A DNA stretch of 62,916 nucleotides, filler included, from Choristocarpus tenellus KU-1152 (GCA_964200185.2; 15 parts of 15 records of this genome joined end to end with filler, not necessarily neighbours in it); one strand, 5' to 3'; shown: positions 1-13,355, numbered from the whole stretch's first letter. Made by a program: numbers and translations. Notes: generated from the sequence alone by a model not told the origin.

Positions 1-41
1 CCCAAATGGACGCGGCTGTACCCTCTAAGATACTTTGGCTC
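1..41. mobile_element. Terminal fragment of long-type MITE (family A)
   Basis: cccaaatggacgcggctgtaccctctaagatactttggctc matches the termini ending at 25493 and 39848 and (reverse) starting at 2346 and 32662; followed by TTA. Confidence 0.85.
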
Positions 42-393
42 TTAGGTATGATATGGTGTTCTATAATGCCCCAGATCTTAAGTAAAGGGTATGTAAGGCC
101 ATCACTTGCGGATCTACCTCAAGTGTCAATTTTATTTGATGCAATATTACAGTACCTGGACCTCGGTAGGTAGAAGTGACATGCCAGAATAGAAACAAGT
201 CGACAACGATTTTCCTCTCTCTGCATCAACAAACTTCAGCATATCCTACAACTCATTCTTAGAGATATCATAGAAAAAGTGAAGGAATGCCTCAGAACCA
301 ACAACAAGGAAGGGCGTACACACATGTGTTCTATCTGTAAAATGTGCGCTCAGGCACAGGAGTCCACCAATTCATGTGTGCCGTCGTCGCCAG

Positions 394-1775
394 GCAGAGA
401 TGGCGAACCTTTTGGCACATTTGAGCACACAACACAGGACACCATATGTGCCCCTAGCATATGCAGAAAAGATGGTCAACCAGGTAAAACCTTGCAACAG
501 TACAGTATACCCCTTCAAAAATTATTTCCGTGATTTCCTTTCACTCTCTCATCAGATACTGTAGTTTCTTCATGAGCGTATGGGTCAAAGAGTCGATGAG
601 TTAGATTAAACCTGACATTGGCTGACTAGAAAGCCACTGCTTTCAAACAGGTAACAAGTGACATGAAGGAGGCAAAAGATCGCCATGAGGATGTCATCAT
701 GACTCTCCAGGCCCGCTATGAGACTATTGAAGTCAAGACTCAAGAGTGAGTCATTCACATAACAGAGAGCATGATACAATTTCCTCTGCCTCAACACCCA
801 TGCTATCGATTTGAATGCTCAATTCGTCATAGTAGTGGGAATTTACGACTGCGACCATGACTTCGCACATCAACCTTTGCAACATTGCGAGAGAAAAACG
901 ATAGGATTTTCCCAAGACATTTCTATTTTGCAATCAAACCGTAGTGTACGAGATTCGACTCCTCTCAAGCTGCTGCATGGAAACCACAACTCCATAAGAA
1001 AAGCACTCTGAGTGAGTTGAACGATTTCAACAGTGTGGACCTGGGTTTTGCGTTGGCACTGTAGGTACTATGTGGACTACATTCAGGGAATGAAAGTGAA
1101 GGTACTGCAGGAGTTGTCAGCATACAAAGAAAGCTTGGAGAGGGCGCACCTTGAACACGAGTCGTACCGCTCAGAGCAGGAGGAGGTGGTGGAGAGCCTA
1201 CACGATAAGATTGCCTCCCAGACGGTGAATACAGACTGCAGCCCAGTACTTTTGAGATGAAAGACCCAGAGGTGTTAATATTCCCATGCAGTCTCTTCTT
1301 GCCCATGCCAGTCAATCTTCGAGACAACCCTTGAGTGATATGTAGAGATGGGTGGGACTGAAGTGTGGTGCAGCCACCGTTGAGATACAGGGGGGACTGT
1401 AGGGTGATGCATCCTATCACCTCATGAAGTGGTTTGTTCGACCATTTGTATCATTTTTGGTGTAGCTATTGCTATTTGTACTATGTACCTGACACCTTCT
1501 TGATCCCTGCTTTGGACCATCAAGGTATTTTTACTTTGTTTAAAAAAAAAATGGATGAAGCAGAAGGGACTTACTCCGGAGTAGTATACAAAAGTAAGTG
1601 AGATATGCTGTCCTTGTTGTGCAATATTCTGAAACATATACCCCCCCAGAGGTCAAACACATTGCGTCTTCCTCTCACCCGCCTCCTCCAGCATGCAAGA
1701 AGACCACCTATACTTCGATAAGGAAACCCATATGACTCCACAGCTATCAAAATATCATTACCCATATGTGACATG

Positions 1776-1809
<34 letters not shown>

Positions 1810-2291
1810 TGTTTGTGTGTCACCACACCCATCCTCTACCACCCTCCCTCTTTCGGAGTAGGGCCTATACCATGCAATGATGGAAGAGCAGAAAAAGCAG
1901 CAAAAGCACCTGAGGCAAGAACATGAGGTATGTGCTTTGGCTGTTCTGCAGCAGAACAAAAGGACTGTGCGCAAGAATCACACTGATCTCCCTCACTAGG
2001 TCCAGGAGCAGGTTACTTGTTGTGGGTCAGCAGCAACAGCAGCTGCCATTGCTCTATCCCACAAACAGTTTTCTCCTCTTGTCAGGAGCGACTTGTGGCC
2101 CAGCAGGTCTCCTTCATGAAAGACAAGGCCCAGGAGAAAGAAGAGAATGAACAATGCAGAGGAGCTCTCCTTGGGATCCTGTTAGGCGTTGAGGCTCGAG
2201 GTGCTCAAGAGAGGGAAGAACAATTAAGGAAGGAAGAAGTCAGGCACGAGTCAGAGGTGGGAGAGGTGAAGCAGCAGCTGAAGGAGGGGAG
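394..2291 (+). CDS. Partial multi-exon gene, coiled-coil protein of unknown identity
   Basis: Phase-compatible GT-AG exons 394-483, 651-745, 1065-1224, 1862-1927, 2086-2291 give AEMANLLAHLSTQHRTPYVPLAYAEKMVNQ-VTSDMKEAKDRHEDVIMTLQARYETIEVKTQE-YYVDYIQGMKVKVLQELSAYKE...EQLRKEEVRHESEVGEVKQQLKEG; E/K/Q-rich and helical. Confidence 0.7.
1779..1806. repeat. (GT)n microsatellite
   Basis: Direct dinucleotide run in an intron. Confidence 0.95.
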
Positions 2292-2345
2292 GTAGGTTCC
2301 CAAACGTGACCAGCTGTTACGGAACGACTGTAGATAGCGGGCTGA

Positions 2346-2612
2346 GGCCCAAGGTATTTAAGAGGGTAGGGTCGCGTCCGTTCAGGCGGTCATAAATCCA
2401 ATGTTACGATTTTGATTCATTTTGACCGTCGTGTTTGTTAGCGAGTGTCAATATCCTCGCTCCGGACACACCTTTCATAGTCGTATACATTTTAGGTAAC
2501 TAATGTGTTCACACAGAAACCGAAAAAAAGGGCACAAAAAAAAAAGGGGGAAGCCAAACTTCCATACGGACAAACGGGGCAAAACTCCTACCCCTCTTAA
2601 ATGCCTTGGGTC
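2346..2612. mobile_element. Complete MITE, family A (267 bp), 3-bp TSD TGA
   Basis: TIRs GGCCCAAGGTATTTAAGAGGG...CCCCTCTTAAATGCCTTGGGTC, flanked by tga on both sides; internal sequence shared with the copies at 26057, 32662 and 39614. Confidence 0.9.
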
Positions 2613-2758
2613 TGACCGAGCACAGAGTTAAAGTAATTGAGAAGTAACACGAAATGCTCAATATATATGTGGGGCGGGGGGGGGGGGGGGGGGGGGGGGG
2701 CCTATCCATTTGGGGCCAATTTTTTTGGCCGCGTTTTTTGTGGGTTTTGGTTGCATAC

Positions 2759-2858
2759 NNNNNNNNNNNNNNNNNNNNNNNNNNNNNNNNNNNNNNNNNN
2801 NNTTAATTAATTAANNNNNNNNNNNNNNNNNNNNNNNNNNNNNNNNNNNNNNNNNNNN
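2759..2858. other. Artificial 100-bp contig spacer (first of 14)
   Basis: 44 N + TTAATTAATTAA (stops in all six frames) + 44 N; identical spacers start at 6678, 9818, 13256, 16541, 19514, 26500, 30986, 33870, 40298, 50345, 54658, 57303 and 60216. Confidence 0.98.
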
Positions 2859-2891
2859 CCAACCCCCCTCCCCCCCCAGATACTTTCGGTC
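2859..2891. mobile_element. Terminal fragment of short poly-G/C MITE (family B) at a contig start
   Basis: cccccccagatactttcggtc; the same terminus occurs at contig starts 9918-9955, 16641-16668, 19614-19635, 33970-34031 and 50445-50466. Confidence 0.8.
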
Positions 2892-2979
2892 AAAACTCTC
2901 GCATGTTTCATAACGATTAGGCAACAACTCATTTCTAACAATTGATTCAAATAATGTGAACCAACACATATTAATGCAG

Positions 2980-5900
2980 AGAATGGAGGAGGTATAGCCT
3001 TGTTTCAACCAAGCATTGAGGTGGGAATAAGCAGTGAGGTTCATTTTTCCAACAATATCGCTGGTGAGAATTGATTCCACTCTGTATGCAAGATATACCA
3101 CGTTTTTGTTGAACTGGTCACATCAAGCACAATTTTTTATCGAGCAACTCTATGTAGATATTCCACTAATGCCTTGGTTGAGTAGCAGAATGTTTGTTTA
3201 ATTCATTCTGAACCCTCTCCCTCATTCTCTTCTTTCTCCCTTACAACTTGAAAAAGACCTCTTGCTGTGCAACCTGTCATAATCACTTTTTAGCAGAGGG
3301 TAAGCAGGTGGTGCTCTAACCCTATCCAAACATCACACTACTGATGCAAGGGTAATTGTGTGCATCTACGACAGAATATATTCCAGTACAATTCATAGCA
3401 GTACACACTTTCTAGAGGAAGACATGAGACTATTATCGATCTTTTCTTCACCTCTACTTTATTGTCATAGCATTTTGCTTCTTCGGCTTAACAACATTTT
3501 AATTTGACAATTGTGATGTTTGTACGTAAATGTGTTCAGTGCACGCATTGCTTGTTGCCGCATGTATGGAAAGGGACAACAAGAAATGTATTATTATTGA
3601 AAGTGTTTTTTTAAGCGACTCCTATGCAGTGTTAAAATCAAACCAATACTGTCGAAAGACCAGTAGGTAAGCATGATGCGTATTCTAGACCTGAGGCAAC
3701 GTTTATGTAGGTATACTTGTGTTTGAAAGTTGAGGAAGTGGTGAATATGTCCAAATTAAATCTACGTGGAGAAATATTGTACAGAATAAAACTCAACGGT
3801 TGATGAATGATGTACAAACCATGATTTGTAGCTGTAACATATGACTTGATCAACGTAAGTAAATGATTTGTCACTATAGGTCTGGGGAAATTGTGTAAAG
3901 GAGATCTGAAAGTATGTAAAATATGTATGAACGGGTAAGTATGTAAGTATGATTCTCATCCACAAATGCAGGAGCTACTCCTAGATTCTATATCTGAGAG
4001 GGTGGTACTCTATGTGTGTAAGTTAGATATCTAACTAGAACGACTATATGTTTGTTGGAATTTGTTTGCACACTACCGGTCATATTTGATCTCTTTGTAT
4101 AGTATGTTGCAGGTAGCATTGGGTACATAATACATGCCTCAAGAACCTCTTTTAAGTGATACAAGAAGAAACTTCGATGATCGAAAGTTCATCATGCTAA
4201 CCCTAACCCTTCACAAGCTCGGGATATAGATAGCTACATGGCACTAATCAAAAGAATGACCTAGGTCTTGTTGATGGAAAAAATCAGCAATGACTTCAGA
4301 GCAACTCAGCACAACGTTGTAGGAAATCTTTTTGTTTAAAACTAAAAGAAATCTATTCAAGGGAATTTTAAGTCCGGCGTAATATCATTCTTCGACTATT
4401 GCCTAGAATGCCTTAGAAGGTTTACAATTTTGTGAGTTTTTGCAAGGTTTTTGGATCACCTGTATATTATCTACTTGTTTTAATCCTTTGGAAGTGCATG
4501 GAAACTTTTGACCGCTAATGATTTGCTCTGGGTCATTTTTCCAGCGTTACTATGAATGCATTTTTTCCAGATATAGCACAACAGATGTATTGTTTGGATC
4601 ACAGGTTAAGTTTAAGGAGACCTAATGATTTCTTTTTAAACAGCTGAAAGTGATTGAATATCTCATTGACTTTCCTAAGTTGTCAAGCTATCATTCTGAA
4701 CACCACCACCAAACTTTACTACAGTTTGCAATTTTGCACCTTCTCTTAATTCTGTGCATTTCACTCTATTTGTGTAAGGTTGCAACGATATTCAAGATGA
4801 GAGTATGAAGTCCTCATTTTACAAAATTGGAATATGTTGCAAGTTGAACATGAAAGAAGAGTTTAGATTCCTCCATGTAGACCATGACCTTGTGGAGATG
4901 TTGTGTATCTGAGGGGTCACCAGCTGAATGTTTTCTTAGTGGAGCACACTTTTTCTGGATGTCTTCTGTTGATGCCACATTTTGTCAAAGATTTTCCTCA
5001 CAGATACCCTTTCTTTATAAAGGGGAAAGAGAAATTTTAACCTACTACCACCAATTCATCTTGTATATGGTCTACCTTTCAATTTCTACTTCCTTGTCAC
5101 TCTGCATTCAATGGAATTTCCCATGTGATTTTCGCCTCTATCAAGGGATGCCAATCCTTCAGTTTATCTCAAAAAGACTCATACCTCTATTTTCTGAGCA
5201 GACTCGAATGGTGGTGCCATTTTTGCACTTGAGGCAGAAATGATGGTAAGCGGCAACACACTATTTTCTGGGAACAGAGCAAATGCGACTGGGGGGGCTG
5301 TTGCAACATACTCTACGGATCTTACCATGTCAGGAGCAACATTCCTCGAAAACACTGCGATGAGTGGTGGAGGCATGACATGCTCGGATGCAAACGAGTT
5401 CAATATTGCAAACACCAGCTTCATCTCCAATACTGCACAAACAGGAGGTGGTTTGTTGACATATTCTGTTGGTGCTTTCAGTGCCGAGGAAGGGGCTGCT
5501 GCTATAAGGCCAGGAATCTATTCAGATTGCAATTTCACTGACAACAATGCTGCCTTGGATGGTGGTGGTCTGTTTACGTTGGGGGGATTTGGCAAGATTG
5601 AAGGATGCATATTCTCAGGCAATAGTGCAGGTGAACAAGGCTCACCACCCACGTTGGACAGTGTCACAGAAAATACACATCGAAATACAATGACTTGGGT
5701 TGGTTGTATCTGAATGTGGAAACTACCCCTTAACGTTTTTGTTGGGTTGCTGAAAAATACACAGTTTTGATGGTACATAACGTTGACACCACAGATCTAA
5801 CCTAAGCAAATATTGTTGAAAGTGAGCAACAATAACAATGGTCTGGTATATATATTCAAAAAATTGTAGGTGCCTGCCATTGTGTCCCATTCCCACAATC

Positions 5901-6269
5901 ATAACGTGCGCTGGTTATGATGCATTATTTCTTGTGATTTTACAAAATTTTACCCGTTTTTGCACCCAATCCCTCCACCCAAAACAACCCCAGGTAACCT
6001 AACCCTAACCCAGGGTATCTCGTTTTTCTTATGACATGCATGAACCTCCAGGTGGAAGTGGTGGTGCAATTCTACAAGCAGGGGTTGTTGAAACGTTAGA
6101 GCAGTGTGTGTTTGAGAATAACATAGCCTCTGTAGGCCCTGCTATCTCTGATGCCGCATCATTGAACAAGGTTGCACTTAGCACATTCACTGGAAACTCT
6201 CTCTACTGTGGCGATGGGATGTACATCAAATTTGTTGACAGCTCGAATAGTGTGGATATTCCATCACAG
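2980..6269 (+). CDS. Partial polymorphic-outer-membrane-protein (POMP)/adhesin-like right-handed beta-helix protein
   Basis: Exons 2980-3063 (NGGGIAL...HFSNNIA), 5202-5630 (NGGAIF...FSGNRA..GGAV...FLENTA..GGGM...FISNTA..GGGL...FTDNNA..DGGGL) and 6052-6269 (GSGGAI...FENNIA..GPAI) show alternating GGA(I/L/V) and FxxN motifs. The last exon ends in a GC donor. A possible intermediate exon near 3307-3351 is unresolved. Confidence 0.85.
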
Positions 6270-6470
6270 GCAAGCAGTATTATGTTAAATGCTGTTTAGC
6301 ACTTAGCACTTAACAGGTATATTGTTAGTATCCCAACCCTAACCCCAATACATGTCTTCGAAAAGAGTACCTCAAGACTTTTCAAAGGGTGTATTATTGG
6401 CCCACAATGTCGCTTGTTTGTATACTCTTTGATGGGACCCAGTCCAGTAATACCTTTCACTCGTTGTACA

Positions 6471-6553
6471 AACCAATTTTCGACAACATGACTGGATATT
6501 GAATAGTCAACTAACCAATTTTCGACAACATGACTGGATATTGAATAATCAAC
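6471..6553. repeat. Tandem duplication, 42-bp unit x2
   Basis: aaccaattttcgacaacatgactggatattgaata(g/a)tcaac repeated directly. Confidence 0.9.
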
Positions 6554-7558
6554 ACCGTGCGTGTCTTGTGCACCTTGTGCTCACAGGGACAAAACATTGT
6601 GGAGGGATTCAAATCAATTTACATTATTATTCTCCCTGACCCTTACCCCAAGCAAAATGGCTACTAATTGCAGCACANNNNNNNNNNNNNNNNNNNNNNN
6701 NNNNNNNNNNNNNNNNNNNNNTTAATTAATTAANNNNNNNNNNNNNNNNNNNNNNNNNNNNNNNNNNNNNNNNNNNNCCCCCCGATCTTCCCCCTTTCCC
6801 TCCCCCCCCCCCTCCCCCCCCCTCCTTTTTTTTTTCCCCCTCTTTTCCCCCCCCCCCCCCCCACCTCTATTCACGTGGACTCCGGGCACCTGATTTGAAT
6901 TCTATTGGTCTATTGGTCTATTGGTCTGTACTTGTGTTGGCGTCTCGACTCTGTGGGTTGATTTGAGTGCATCTTTTTTTTTTACTAGTACTTTTCTTAT
7001 CGTTTATTTTTATTAATATTATTATTTTGTTGATAAAATTGCAGTTAACCTCCCCTTCCCCCCCACAGCACGCCACCTCATGTGTTGCTTGTCAACGGCC
7101 TACAATAGGAACCCACGCCCGATATGAATTGATGTCACCTCGTGTCACTTCAATGCTATTTTGTATCCCTCCCCTAATTTTTTTCTGAATAATATATTAT
7201 CATTTATGTTCAAGGTGTGATAGTATGTTTCGTCTATTGTATCCTTGTTTTGCAACAATCTCCCCAAACGAATTATCCCTAACCCTAGTGCAGGTTAAGT
7301 GAATGAGAGTGAGTGAATGAGGTCACCTGACTGATTATGCCAATATAATATTGCTGGTGGTACCCAAGAGACAGTTCATGTCTTGTCGGTGGACACAGTA
7401 TTGACTGAATTAATGAGGTGTATAAATGACGCCAACGTATACACACACAAAGAATAAAAAAATGCTCTCCCCTTGCCCTCCCGATAACGCCTTGCTATGG
7501 TATGTGACCATCTGAACTGCGATACCTACCAACGCCCCCTTCAGCTTTAACTTTGCAG

Positions 7559-7854
7559 ATGAAGGTGAGAATCAATCTGTACCCGACTTCAAAGATGTGG
7601 CTGCAGCTAATGGCTCTGGGCCGTGGGAAGAGAAGGAAGGAGAAGGGGACCCTGGGGAAGCTGGTAGGACCAACGGTGTGGGTGGGGCTGATGCAAGTGG
7701 GGGTGATGCTGTTGAAAAGGCGATGGGTCGAGCCTGTGTTGAGGGGGGGGGGGGAGGGGGGAACATGTTGCTGCAGGCGGTGGATGAGGAGCAGGGTGGT
7801 GAAGATGGTGGTAACAGGTGTGAGAGAGGAGTGGTGCGGTATGGGGTGGTGTAG
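7559..7854 (+). CDS. Possible terminal exon, acidic Gly-rich low-complexity peptide
   Basis: Acceptor ctttgcag at 7551-7558, then an open frame (EGENQSVPDFKDVAAANGSGPWEEKEGEG...VV*); no recognisable domain. Confidence 0.35.
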
Positions 7855-10114
7855 GGGGTTGGTAGGGGATGAGGATAGGATTTACAAAATGAGTAAACAA
7901 TAACGCTCAAGTCTGGTTGTAAATTGTTTTTGATTGTAAGAGTTGATGTTGCAGTTCATGCCCTAGGTTGTTTGTACTCAATTGAACCATATAGTCTGTA
8001 TATGGTTTGTCTGACCAAGGCCATATATACAAATATATATTTTATATTATTATTATTACTAATTTTTATTTTTATTACTGTTACAATTATATATATATAT
8101 ATATACATTTTTTTGTTTTCTAATTCTCCTGTATAGTTTTTTATTTTTAAGATATGTATAGTTCGTTGTGGTAAACTATATTTGAGATACAAATGAGAAC
8201 ATTATTCATGATGCTTTAGATAATCCCTAATAGCCCCATGTGTATGTGTTGTAAGCATGCATGTATATGTGTATTTCAGGTGTGCATTTGTGTGTTTTGA
8301 GTAATGATCCTTTGAAGTAATGTATGAGAGAACATTCCCATTGCCAAGCAACCCCTTCCCCCCACAGATCAAGGATGACTTGTGAATGAGTGCGCTTGAG
8401 AACATGTGTGGGACCAATATCCAAGAAATTTTAAACGTAACTGCCATTTTTTCGGGATGGACGACAGTGTGATAGTTACTAGAGTTAGGGTTAGCGGACC
8501 AAAATTGAATCCACAGGCTATAACTTACAGGAGAAAATGAAAAATGACTGGTCAGATTTTTTTTTCTTTTCTGAAATTCTTTGGAGCTTCTTTTTTTTCT
8601 TCAAATACGAGTGTGGAGCGTCCCTCTCAATTCAAAGGGTTGTCGAACTCCAAATATGATTCAGTTGAGAATTCTGTTCTTTTTGTGATGTTGGGAAACA
8701 ATACTTTCCTTTTTTCATGTCAGAAGACATTAACGCTCTGTGCACATCTTCTTCTTTTCATCCCACTGTGAGTCAAAGTGAACGATAGATAGGTATCCAT
8801 TTGGGTTTGTTTTTTTTACCTCTATGTAATTTACCCATTTATCTGTGGATGAAGTTTGATAATAGGCGATTGATTCTCTATTTTTTGAAAAAAATAAAAT
8901 CTGAAATTTTTCAGAAAAATCATACACGCATTGTAATAATAAGAAAAAAATTGCATCATATTTTTCAGAATGCTTAGGATGTAGCTATAGGTACCCTCTT
9001 GTTTACTTTAACTCTTTCGTGGTGTCGAACTCCACCTTCAACAACATCAGATAGATGAAAAACAAGAACAAGCACTTTTTGAATCCACTCAAAATTCAAT
9101 TTTATTTATAGTCTTTTGGCTGTTCGTCTAAGCCCCTGATTTACCACAATATGCAGACTCTACATGTGTGCATGTGTGTGTGTGCGTTTTGTTTTTTGTT
9201 TTGTTTTGTTTTTTGGGGGGGGGATAAAGAGATTGTGAGTGGTAGGGGAACATTTCTCACATAGAGCATTGATTTATTTGTTGACATGTTTTTTTGTCAA
9301 TCTTGAATGACTAGATTCAAGACTTCTGAGAGGTCTTGACCAGATCAGAGGCTGCGTGCGCTACTGTAGAGACTGTCCTGTCTAGCGCCTGTTAGGACTA
9401 TAAAATGTAACTGTCGAAAATATCACATGTAACTGCCGCAGAGACATTCATGTCTAACTGTTCAGACTGCATGTGCAGTTGTCTAGAACGTCATGTCTCA
9501 CAGTCAAATGTTCATCCATATCTTGTTAGGTCCAATTGTACTCTCCTACAACTAGCCTGGAAACGCAAGTCTAACCCCACCCCCACCCCTACCCCCACCA
9601 CTCCCCACCCTGATCTTGTGGGGATGGCTATGGACAGTTCTCACGCGGTAGGGGATGAGATTGGACAGGAGGAAGTCTTGGATGGACCTATTTTGCGTAA
9701 CGGAGAAGAGGTGAATTTTTTTTTTTTCCCTGTCTTTCTTGCTTCGCTTGACTAGAGGATGGCGTTATTTGAGGATTGATAAGGAAAGGGGTGGGGGGGG
9801 GGGGGGGGGGGGGGGGGNNNNNNNNNNNNNNNNNNNNNNNNNNNNNNNNNNNNNNNNNNNNTTAATTAATTAANNNNNNNNNNNNNNNNNNNNNNNNNNN
9901 NNNNNNNNNNNNNNNNNCTGGTGTAGACCCCCCCCCCCCCAGATACTTTGGGTCAATTTCTAAAAAACCTATTGCACGTATTTTCCTGATCATGGGTCTC
10001 AGGATGGTCCCACGGATCGCCCGAAGCTCAAACATCGTTCATACGTCTGGCTTCGAATTCAATTCACTCCTAGACCTTCTCACTGCCCAAGACCGCCTGT
10101 TGCCCGAAAACACC

Positions 10115-12956
10115 ATGACAGTTGCTCCCACAGTAAGGGGGTGACTTTTGTCGCCTGTGCCGCCCCCTGTGTTGCCCCCTCATCAGTTCGCCAACAATGA
10201 TGCGCTGGAGCTTTCTACCAATGACGCTTCAGCGACCGGCACCAAGCTTCGCCGAGAATGGGCTCAACCCATCCTGGTCAACGAACAGGGTGACTGCTGC
10301 AAGCGCTTAGCCTGTGTGAAGAAGTTTGCGGCAGATAGCGAGTCCTTCCTTGCACGCGCGTTGACCAAAGAGAAGGACATGATCCAGGCTTGTGAGAACC
10401 ATCGTGATCACAAGCACTTCGTTGGTGACTGTGTACCTGTCATTAAGTTGGGACCTGGAGGCGGATCTATGCTTGCGGCCGGCATTCCCATTTGTATGCA
10501 AATTTTCAAGGCATCATTTGGAGTATCCAATCATGTCATTGACGCTTGCAAAGGTACACCTAACGCAAGAGCATCCTCCGGCATGGAGAGGTGGGTTTGA
10601 TGTAAATATACAGTGTTATTTGTACCCGGTATATATCAGCGCCTGCTTGATGATTGAACAGTAGTCCTATCTCAGAACAATGTAATCCGATCATACTCGC
10701 CACAATCAGTTTGCCGTTACCACGCCTAGATATCTGATGTACAAAGTTAGAGATCCCTCCAGGGTGGAGTTATGTGTTACGTATATGTGTATGTACATGT
10801 GTGATATGTTTATTTATGCTTCAACCATATCATCTCATCTGGCCGTCCCTGCGCTGCTGCTGCAGTTACCACGCGAAAATACCTACAGAATTAGAGATCC
10901 GCTGTTGGCATACGATCCCTCTACGATTCCATCCCCCATCCCTTACATCCACCTCCAACACAACTCCCGTCCATATATACATACGTGCGCTACTACAACA
11001 GGAACGGCATGAACAAACAGAAGGACATGGCTCCGAAGCGAGACCTGGTGATGTCCTGGATAGACTACTGGGCGGATATGTACGGGCAGTTCATGCCTCA
11101 CAAGACCGCAATTGTGATCTACGCCGCGAACAAAGCGGTAGGTTTTGCCCTTGGTTGTGGAGAGGTTGGCCACACCCTGCGTTGGAGTTAGTTGCAAACC
11201 GTGTGACCCAGCAGTGCGTAGAAGAAGTGGATCGAAGGAGTATTTTGAGTGGTGGGTGTTTGTTCCTTTGACCGGTCTGAGATTATGGTTAAAAAAAATG
11301 TGAAGCTTCGTACGAAGTACTATTTTTTTCGTTTGTTATGTCGAGACTACAATGATGATGATGATACTCTTCGTCGCTTTTATGGAGGAAGGCACATTAA
11401 CTGTTATTTCACCACTGTGTACACCTACTCTGCAGCCCCGGGCCCGGTTTGACCTTGGTAGTAAAAGTGTGCACTTCGTATGTCTCAAGCGCTTCGCAAT
11501 GATGATGATGATGATGGTAGATTCGCCTCCTTTACTGTTTCTGCAAACGGCAGCGAAGCCCGAACAGAATGACGCTCTTGGCAGATTTACTAAGATCATT
11601 GTATTTGCTCTTTCATTACGCACGATGTAAGCTTGCTTGATCCTGTCTTCCGTGTTGTCAGTCAAGTTATTGGTCAGCCCGCTTCGAGAGATCATGTAGT
11701 ATTCTTCTTCGAGTGTTGCTTCTCAATAACTCCTCACTTGCCCACACAACCAACATTATTAATTAGAAGCTATATAAGGATTTTTGCAAAGAGGCAATAC
11801 GGGTGTATCCTGACGACATTTCCAAGCGGGTAAGCAAGGCGCACTTCCTCTGATTGCTCAGAGAGGACAGGCCCAACATCAGGGTGAGGGTAGGAGGCGA
11901 ATTTATGAAATGTGACATATGTGTCACGTTAAAAGAGAAGCGGCATGGTGCGCCTGGTGTAAAACCTACGAATGACTCCACCGTCCTCGAGTCCATCGAC
12001 AAGGAGCTGTCAGACCATCGAAACGTAGATGTCCAGCGTTAAATTTGCGACAATTGTACAGTGGCAACATGTCGCCGTCATTGCGCTCCATTGGGAACAA
12101 CATCTGTTGCCCTTTGCGAATGAAGACTCCGATTCAGGTGCTTATGGCAGCAGCAGCGGCCTCACTGAGCGCAAAACTGTTGATATTAGTTGCCCAAACA
12201 CCTTGTATGATAGACTGTTTCCTGGTCGTCTACAATGGGCCGTGGGAGGGACAGGTCATGTTGCGGTCTTCCGGCCCCGTACATACGTACTTGCTCCTGT
12301 CCCGATAATACTGTCTTTGCCTTGAATACATCAATAAAAAACAGGAGCAAAGACAAACATTTATTGTTACCTACACTCGATTTTTGTCACGTACCTGGTA
12401 CGTGTTATCAAGTGGCCATTTTTTTACACCTCTAAGCACATTTATTTTATATACAGACGTGATGCTGCTCTCCCCCATTCGCCAGATTATCCAAGCGGAT
12501 CGGCTGGTCATCGCCAACAACACCAGAAGTGCCATGTGGACCAAAGCCGACGGCAAACCTCTTGGCTTCGTGTTCATGTCTTAGACGCGGCGAACCAGAC
12601 ATCCCACGCCCTCCCAGCACTTTATCCCCCTACCCACGGCAGTGACAGGTAACCACATGCACGCATAGTCTATTTCTCAACAAGTTTGCAGCCACACGCA
12701 GAAGAGAATAGACCACCCTGTTTTATTCAACGAATGAGTGCAAAGTCCCAAGAAATAACCGCCAAAACAGACGCACATAATAACACTATCTATTCCGTTC
12801 ATCATGATGATGACGCACCGTAACAGCTTTCTTTACACGTTTCTTTGGTTCATGTCCTTGTTATCAGGGGCTACTCCGAGCGCCAGAAGATCATGGCCAC
12901 ACACGTCGAAGGTCAGTTCGCGGAGGTGTTCTTCACTCCTCTAAATCTTGGAGGAG
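10115..12956 (+). pseudogene. Intron-containing DDE transposase pseudogene, Sola-like (DUF7869-type), 5' part
   Basis: Phase-compatible exons 10115-10590, 11002-11137, 11767-12024, 12486-12648, 12868-12956. Motifs: CCKRLACVKKF, GIPICMQIFKASFGVS, GQFMPH, LYKDF..VSKAHFL*LLREDRPNIRV..EFMKCDIC..H, FVFMS[L]DAANQTSHALP (first catalytic Asp, equivalent to the DGMDQ..LP motif), KIMATHVEG..VFFTPLNLGG. In-frame TGA at 10142 and 11851 and a 1-nt frameshift near 12581. Confidence 0.75.
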
Positions 12957-13078
12957 GTACATATTGTGGGTTGTGACTCAACAATTACACTACCGAATAG
13001 ATGCTGGTTGCGCACGCACCACTTGATTTAACGTCATGATGAGGGGACCCGCCGCAGGTTAGATACCCAAGGATGAAT

Positions 13079-13255
13079 GGGTCAAAGTATCTGGGGGGGT
13101 GGTGGTGGTTTGTGAGGGGGCGTCCGTTTCTGTCAAACAACTCTTTTTTTTGCTGACATTTCACATCCGACACGTGCGACTAACTAAATCGCACCAAAAA
13201 AGTGAAAATCGAAACAAGGGTGAAAAACGGACACCGACACCCCCCCCCAGATACT
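13079..13255. mobile_element. Near-complete short MITE (family B)
   Basis: GGGTCAAAGTATCTGGGGGGG...CCCCCCCCAGATACT cut by a spacer; its right part matches 33970-34031. Confidence 0.85.
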
Positions 13256-13355
13256 NNNNNNNNNNNNNNNNNNNNNNNNNNNNNNNNNNNNNNNNNNNNT
13301 TAATTAATTAANNNNNNNNNNNNNNNNNNNNNNNNNNNNNNNNNNNNNNNNNNNN

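Noticed and set aside
320-440. BED zinc finger (CSIC...NLLAHLSTQH)
   Set aside because: The Cys pair is in another frame and upstream of the splice acceptor; the His-containing part splices cleanly into the coiled-coil gene.
2803-2814. Recurrent palindrome TTAATTAATTAA as a biological repeat or recombination site
   Set aside because: Always centred in exactly 44 N on each side; an assembly linker with six-frame stops.
5202-6269. Chlamydial contamination or recent horizontal transfer of a Pmp gene
   Set aside because: The gene has spliceosomal introns, and POMP-like repeat proteins are a known expanded family in brown algae.
6471-6553. CRISPR-like array (also considered for 33783-33869 and 18480-19000)
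   Set aside because: Units are directly adjacent with no unique spacers, there are no cas genes, and the context is eukaryotic.
7553-7910. Pro/His-rich overlapping ORFs on both strands
   Set aside because: Shadows of a G-rich low-complexity segment.
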